Virus record (IMG/VR): IMGVR_UViG_3300031577_000188
Coordinates: 1 to 40,875 of that record
From: a virus
Lineage: Duplodnaviria; Caudoviricetes
Reading direction: 5' to 3' (one strand)
DNA: 40,875 bases
The position numbers and the translations under genes were made by a program. The notes beneath the pieces are model-generated. The model saw only the letters and a program-made list of their open reading frames with translations. It searched no databases and was not told where the DNA came from. Positions within the stretch are counted from its first letter, which is position 1, and every line of letters starts with the position of its first letter. This document shows, in pieces, positions 36,616 through 40,875 of this stretch.

Positions 36616-37788
36616 ATGAATGTAAAGACTGCAAAGAAGCCCGAACCCCGTATCGATGTTAGTTACTTGTCGAAACTAAAGATGAGTTCTTTCGGCAATG
36701 ATAACCTCTACCCGCAAAATCTGTCTGCCATTACAGCTTCTTCGGGTACCGGTACTCTTTGCCTTAACAGGTATGCTAAGTTCATCGAAGGTAATGGCTT
36801 TAAAGATGTGGTCTTTTCAGAAACTGTTTTAAACCGTGCAGGGGAGACGGCTGACACTATACATCATCTACTATCGCAGGATGTTGCAAGGTTCAGCGGT
36901 TTCGCTCTGCATGTTAATTATAACCTTTTCGGACAGATTGTTGAAGTACAACATGTCCCTTTTGAGAATTGCAGACTTGAGGAAGAAGATGAGAACGGAT
37001 ATGTAGCCCGTATTCTCGTGCACCCTGACTGGCGTGGTAGAAAAACCCGTAACGGTAAGGTCATCAAGGTGGATGATAATAGTGTTGACAGGATAGACGT
37101 TTTCAATCCGAACAAGGATGTGGTATTAGCTCAGATAGAGAAAGCGGGAGGTATTGAATACTATAACGGTCAGGTTTTGTGGGTTAGTATGGCCGGAAAG
37201 AATACCTACCCGCTCGCTCTCTATGATTCGGTCATTACTGAAATGAGTACCGATGAAGGCTTATCCAATATCAAGAATCGTAATGCCCGTAACAATTTCC
37301 TTGTTGCCTGTATGCTCGTTGTCAAAAAGGGAAGTCCCCGAATAGATAGTGACGGGAACGAGGTAGAGGTGAAGTTTATTGAAGCCGATGACCTGAAAAA
37401 GTTTCAGGGCGATACGAACAGTGGCAAGATTATGTTGATAGAGCTTGAACAGGATGAAGAGGAACCAAAGTTGGTCAAGTTTCCCGTAGCCAATTATGAC
37501 AAGGATTTCACCGTGACGGAGACAAGCACGGTTGAACGTATTTATGCCGCCTTTGGACAAGAACTATTCTATGCCATACGCATTGGTAAGCTTGGCTTCT
37601 CCGGACAGGTGATGTGTGATGCCTATGAGTATTACGCCGGTCAGGTAACCAATGAACAACGATTTATAGAACGTGCCTTTGATAGAATCTTCAAATGCTG
37701 GCATGAGCCAATTAACTCAAGCAAAGATTTTAGTATTCAGCCGATAAAATACATAAATAATGATGGAACATCTAATGCAGCCCAGTGA
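36616..37788 (+). CDS. Portal protein (probable)
   Basis: FGNDNLYPQ, FIEGNGF, GFALHVNYN, HVPFENCRL and FQGDTNSGKIM. Confidence 0.78.
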   Translation: MNVKTAKKPEPRIDVSYLSKLKMSSFGNDNLYPQNLSAITASSGTGTLCLNRYAKFIEGNGFKDVVFSETVLNRAGETADTIHHLLSQDVARFSGFALHVNYNLFGQIVEVQHVPFENCRLEEEDENGYVARILVHPDWRGRKTRNGKVIKVDDNSVDRIDVFNPNKDVVLAQIEKAGGIEYYNGQVLWVSMAGKNTYPLALYDSVITEMSTDEGLSNIKNRNARNNFLVACMLVVKKGSPRIDSDGNEVEVKFIEADDLKKFQGDTNSGKIMLIELEQDEEEPKLVKFPVANYDKDFTVTETSTVERIYAAFGQELFYAIRIGKLGFSGQVMCDAYEYYAGQVTNEQRFIERAFDRIFKCWHEPINSSKDFSIQPIKYINNDGTSNAAQ

Positions 37789-38272
37789 GGTACTTGCCCT
37801 TTCACGTCCAACCTCTACGCATGTTGAAGAGGAGGACATTAACATCTTTATTGATGAATCCGAGCAGATGGACATTATTCCGGCCATTGGTGCGCAATTG
37901 TATCTTGATCTCTTGGCGAGCCCTGATGATGAGAAATACACAACGCTTTTGGCTGGCGGGCATTATGAAGGGCTGAAGGGAGAAAAGAAAATATTCAAAG
38001 GCCTTAAAACCTCTCTGGCTTATTTTGTTTATGCCCGATTGGTTAAGAATGACGGCAAGATACTTGGCCAGAGTGGTTTCCTTTCTCATGATGATGAATA
38101 TGCCTCTAAGGTGGAGGATAAACAAAAATATGTGAGTTATAACGATACCATGAACGTGGCTAAAAAGTATCTGGCCGATGTATTGGAGTATTTGAAATCA
38201 ACCGATGCCTCTTTTGATAAGAAGGCAAGAGTGAAGAATAATGGTACTAGAATCCTTGCAATAGGTGATTGA
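37760..38272 (+). CDS. Head-tail adaptor-like protein
   Basis: 170 aa after the portal gene; ESEQMDIIPAIGAQLY...GLKTSLAYFVYAR. Confidence 0.65.
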   Translation: MMEHLMQPSEVLALSRPTSTHVEEEDINIFIDESEQMDIIPAIGAQLYLDLLASPDDEKYTTLLAGGHYEGLKGEKKIFKGLKTSLAYFVYARLVKNDGKILGQSGFLSHDDEYASKVEDKQKYVSYNDTMNVAKKYLADVLEYLKSTDASFDKKARVKNNGTRILAIGD

Positions 38273-40875
38273 TGAGTGATACAATTGACATATTAAAGAA
38301 GCTTGCCTTACAGGTGCGTAACGCTGTCGATCCAGCCGAAAATACAGCGGAAAGGGTAGGACGTGTTCTTGTTGGTCTATTGGAGAATCTGAACTCTGTT
38401 GATTTAGAGGAATTAGCAAAGACTTTTCTTCGTAAGGATCAGCCAGGCACGGCAAGCGAGGTAATTACTTTCTTGAAAGGTTTGCTCATTGGCGACAACA
38501 CCGCATCGATAAATGAAGATGGTGATGCCGAAGTACGTAATCTCATAGCACGTATCAAGGCCACGGTTGCGGCATTGGAAGCAAAGACGGTAACTGTCAC
38601 GGATAAAGTCACTACGCTGAATTTGCTCGTTCAAAAGCTTGCAGAGATATATGATCTGAACGTATCCAATGTTGCCACTCTCTTTCAAACGATAGTGAAG
38701 GATTATGTAAGCTCCGAATCTTTTGTTCCCGGCATAACGGGCGAAGGGATGAAGCTTTATAAGTCACTTTCGGGTGATTGGAATTTGGAAGTGGATAACG
38801 TAACCATCCGTAAGGCCATGACCGTTTTTGAACTGATCATTTCAAAAGTTCGCTCTGTCAATGGTGGTTTGGTTGTCTCTCCTGCAAACGGGCGTATCAA
38901 GTCAGTAACGACAACAGGTTCACCAACTTATTACGTATTAGGTATTGAAGGCGATATGACTTTTGTCGCCGATGATTTGGTACGTTGTCAGGTGTTTAGC
39001 AGTACAGGTGCAAAATACTACTGGGTGCCTATTGATTCGGTGAGCGGCGAAACAATCCTGATTCTTAAATCAGAGTTTCCGGATGGAGTTGTTCCGGCCG
39101 TTGGCGATGATCTTGTTCAGATGGGTAGCAAAACAAACACGGCCCGAGAAGGTGTATTGTATCTCACCGCATCCGAAGATGGTAAACCCCGCTTCTCCGT
39201 TTTGGACGGTGTTAACTCAACTAATCTGACAGGCAAATCCAAAGTGATATTGGGTTGCTTGGATGGGATTACCGATTCCGATTTCCCTTCTGATGCACAA
39301 CCAAGCGGTTACGGTCTTTGGGCGGGTAATGTGTTCTTGAAAGGGTTATTCATTTTAAGAAATGGCAAATCTATTGAGAATGAGCTAAGCGATCAGATAA
39401 CAGCAGTTCAGACAGCTTTCGAGATACGGGAGGGGCAAATAAGTACAAAAGTCACACAAGCCACACAGGCGGCCGCCGAAGCATCCGGATATGCAGCTTC
39501 AGCGGCGGGCAGTGCTTCATCTGCTGGTCAATCTTTAACCGCTATCACACAAAAAGAGAGTAGTATCAATCAGACGGCCAACGAGATTACATTAAAAGTC
39601 ACTCGTGCAGAGAGTGCCGCCGGACGTGCGGAGAGTGCCGAAGCTTCGATCAATGTAAAAGCTGACGGAATAGTTTTGCAAGCTAGTAATCAAGCGGCAC
39701 AAACGGCCGTGAATGGTGTGCAGGTTGGAGGACGAAACTATTATTCTAATTCTCAGACTCCTATTAGTACCCTTATCGGTAGCCCACATATTGAGAAGAA
39801 TATTTCAACCGCACCCAATGGGCTTTATTTGGTAGGCTCTCAAGGTGATACAAGTGCGATAAGAATATCTAATGTAATAAACAGTAATGGTTATTGGACA
39901 ATCTCATTTGATCTTAAAGGCTCTCAAAATGCGTCTGTGGGGTTTTGGATAGACCCCTGTGATTTGGGAGGCCCTATTGTTAGAACTACGACTGATAACA
40001 ATTGGGCGCATCACGCATACACCTTTAATGTAACTAATTATACGGCGGATGTTTACAATTTTATAGATTTCCATGATATAAGTTGGGCGTATATTTTTAT
40101 TAGGAATCTTAAAATAGAAAAAGGAAACAAGGAAACTGATTATACACCCGCCCCAGAAGATGTAGATGCAGATATAGCCCTTCGACCGACAACGGAGTAT
40201 CTTAAATCCCAATTTATCATAACCCCCGGCGGCATTTCATTAATAGGCAAAGCTTTGTCATTAGCCGGAATGGTAACTTTCAGCTCGTTGGACAGTGATT
40301 CACAGGGACGAATAACTACCGCTCAGTCAACAGCGAGTAGTGCAGCGTCTGCCGCTAACACGGCACAGAGTACGGCTAATGCGGCAACCTCAACAGCAAA
40401 CAGTGCTTTGTCTAGTGCCGATGCAGCCAATAGCGGATTAAGCACATTAAAAAACTCTTTGGGTGGTTTGGCTTATGAAAGTGTCGTTTCACTTGCCAGG
40501 CTTGACAGTACGGTAATTGAAGGCGGTTATATCAAAACATCTCTGATTGATGCGGACGCTATAATGACCGCATCGCTTTTAGCCAGTAAGATAGCCGCCA
40601 CGGATATAACAACGGGTAGATTGACTGTTACGGACGGGGCAAAGATAGGCGGTTGGTCCGTTGAGGGTAACGCATTAAAGATAACTAGTGCAGCAGCTGC
40701 CAAGATATTAGTAGAACCATCGGGGACAAGATTCTTACGAATTAATGATACGTCTACTTATCTTATGCAGATAAGGGCCGATGCCGTTACGGGGCTTTAC
40801 TGCTATACCGACGAAACAACGGGAATATGTATCAAGTTAACCGCTCAACAAGGCGGAACGGCCTTGTATTCATCC
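38272..40875 (+). CDS. Large tail fibre/host-specificity protein (3' truncated by the window, absent from the ORF track)
   Basis: ATG at 38272 (MSDTIDILKKLALQVRNA...) and apparently open to the window end; Ala/Ser-rich linkers; GGRNY...KIEKGNKETDYTPAPED module. Confidence 0.8.
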   Translation, partial: MSDTIDILKKLALQVRNAVDPAENTAERVGRVLVGLLENLNSVDLEELAKTFLRKDQPGTASEVITFLKGLLIGDNTASINEDGDAEVRNLIARIKATVAALEAKTVTVTDKVTTLNLLVQKLAEIYDLNVSNVATLFQTIVKDYVSSESFVPGITGEGMKLYKSLSGDWNLEVDNVTIRKAMTVFELIISKVRSVNGGLVVSPANGRIKSVTTTGSPTYYVLGIEGDMTFVADDLVRCQVFSSTGAKYYWVPIDSVSGETILILKSEFPDGVVPAVGDDLVQMGSKTNTAREGVLYLTASEDGKPRFSVLDGVNSTNLTGKSKVILGCLDGITDSDFPSDAQPSGYGLWAGNVFLKGLFILRNGKSIENELSDQITAVQTAFEIREGQISTKVTQATQAAAEASGYAASAAGSASSAGQSLTAITQKESSINQTANEITLKVTRAESAAGRAESAEASINVKADGIVLQASNQAAQTAVNGVQVGGRNYYSNSQTPISTLIGSPHIEKNISTAPNGLYLVGSQGDTSAIRISNVINSNGYWTISFDLKGSQNASVGFWIDPCDLGGPIVRTTTDNNWAHHAYTFNVTNYTADVYNFIDFHDISWAYIFIRNLKIEKGNKETDYTPAPEDVDADIALRPTTEYLKSQFIITPGGISLIGKALSLAGMVTFSSLDSDSQGRITTAQSTASSAASAANTAQSTANAATSTANSALSSADAANSGLSTLKNSLGGLAYESVVSLARLDSTVIEGGYIKTSLIDADAIMTASLLASKIAATDITTGRLTVTDGAKIGGWSVEGNALKITSAAAAKILVEPSGTRFLRINDTSTYLMQIRADAVTGLYCYTDETTGICIKLTAQQGGTALYSS

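Larger units (their letters stand above)
884..40875. mobile_element. Bacteroidales temperate prophage (partial, continues past the right edge)
   Basis: att remnant, CI-like repressor, replication, terminase, portal, Clp protease, capsid, tape measure and tail fibre genes. Confidence 0.93.

Noticed and set aside
38413-40212. Minus-strand ORFs listed over the last 2.6 kb, and other short antisense ORFs in the track
   Set aside because: They are shadows of long plus-strand genes, here the edge-truncated tail fibre.
38272-40875. Diversity-generating retroelement
   Set aside because: No reverse transcriptase or TR/VR pair within the window; cannot be excluded further right.

Overview
Left about 40 kb of a temperate, probably long-tailed (siphovirus-like) prophage in a Bacteroidales genome, judged from TTTG-N19-TAnnTTTG promoters and the gene families. 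It is integrated in a tRNA-Thr(CGT) gene: the 3' tRNA remnant (att) is at 839-883, and the integrase, the intact tRNA and the lysis genes should lie beyond the right edge. Order from the left: flanking non-specific endonuclease; leftward lysogenic operon with a CI/LexA-type repressor; early operon containing an approximately 420-500 nt highly base-paired non-coding region and two aberrant tRNA-like elements; recombination, helicase and replication genes; an AT-rich accessory hotspot at 14.6-22 kb (DUF2971, a DGQHR + HEPN-like pair, a membrane protein, a GIY-YIG-like protein, a pentapeptide/membrane protein, and an Abi-like HEPN protein with a divergent small RNA); packaging and structural genes in an unusual order; and a tail fibre gene running off the edge. 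Best candidates for new biology: the large structured RNA, the DGQHR-HEPN pair apparently captured from a conjugative transposon, the Abi/sRNA pair, the leader-hairpin + tRNA-like units, and a palindromic motif at a fixed 59 nt spacing before late promoters, next to a small HTH gene. All family calls are from motif recognition by eye; no searches were run.
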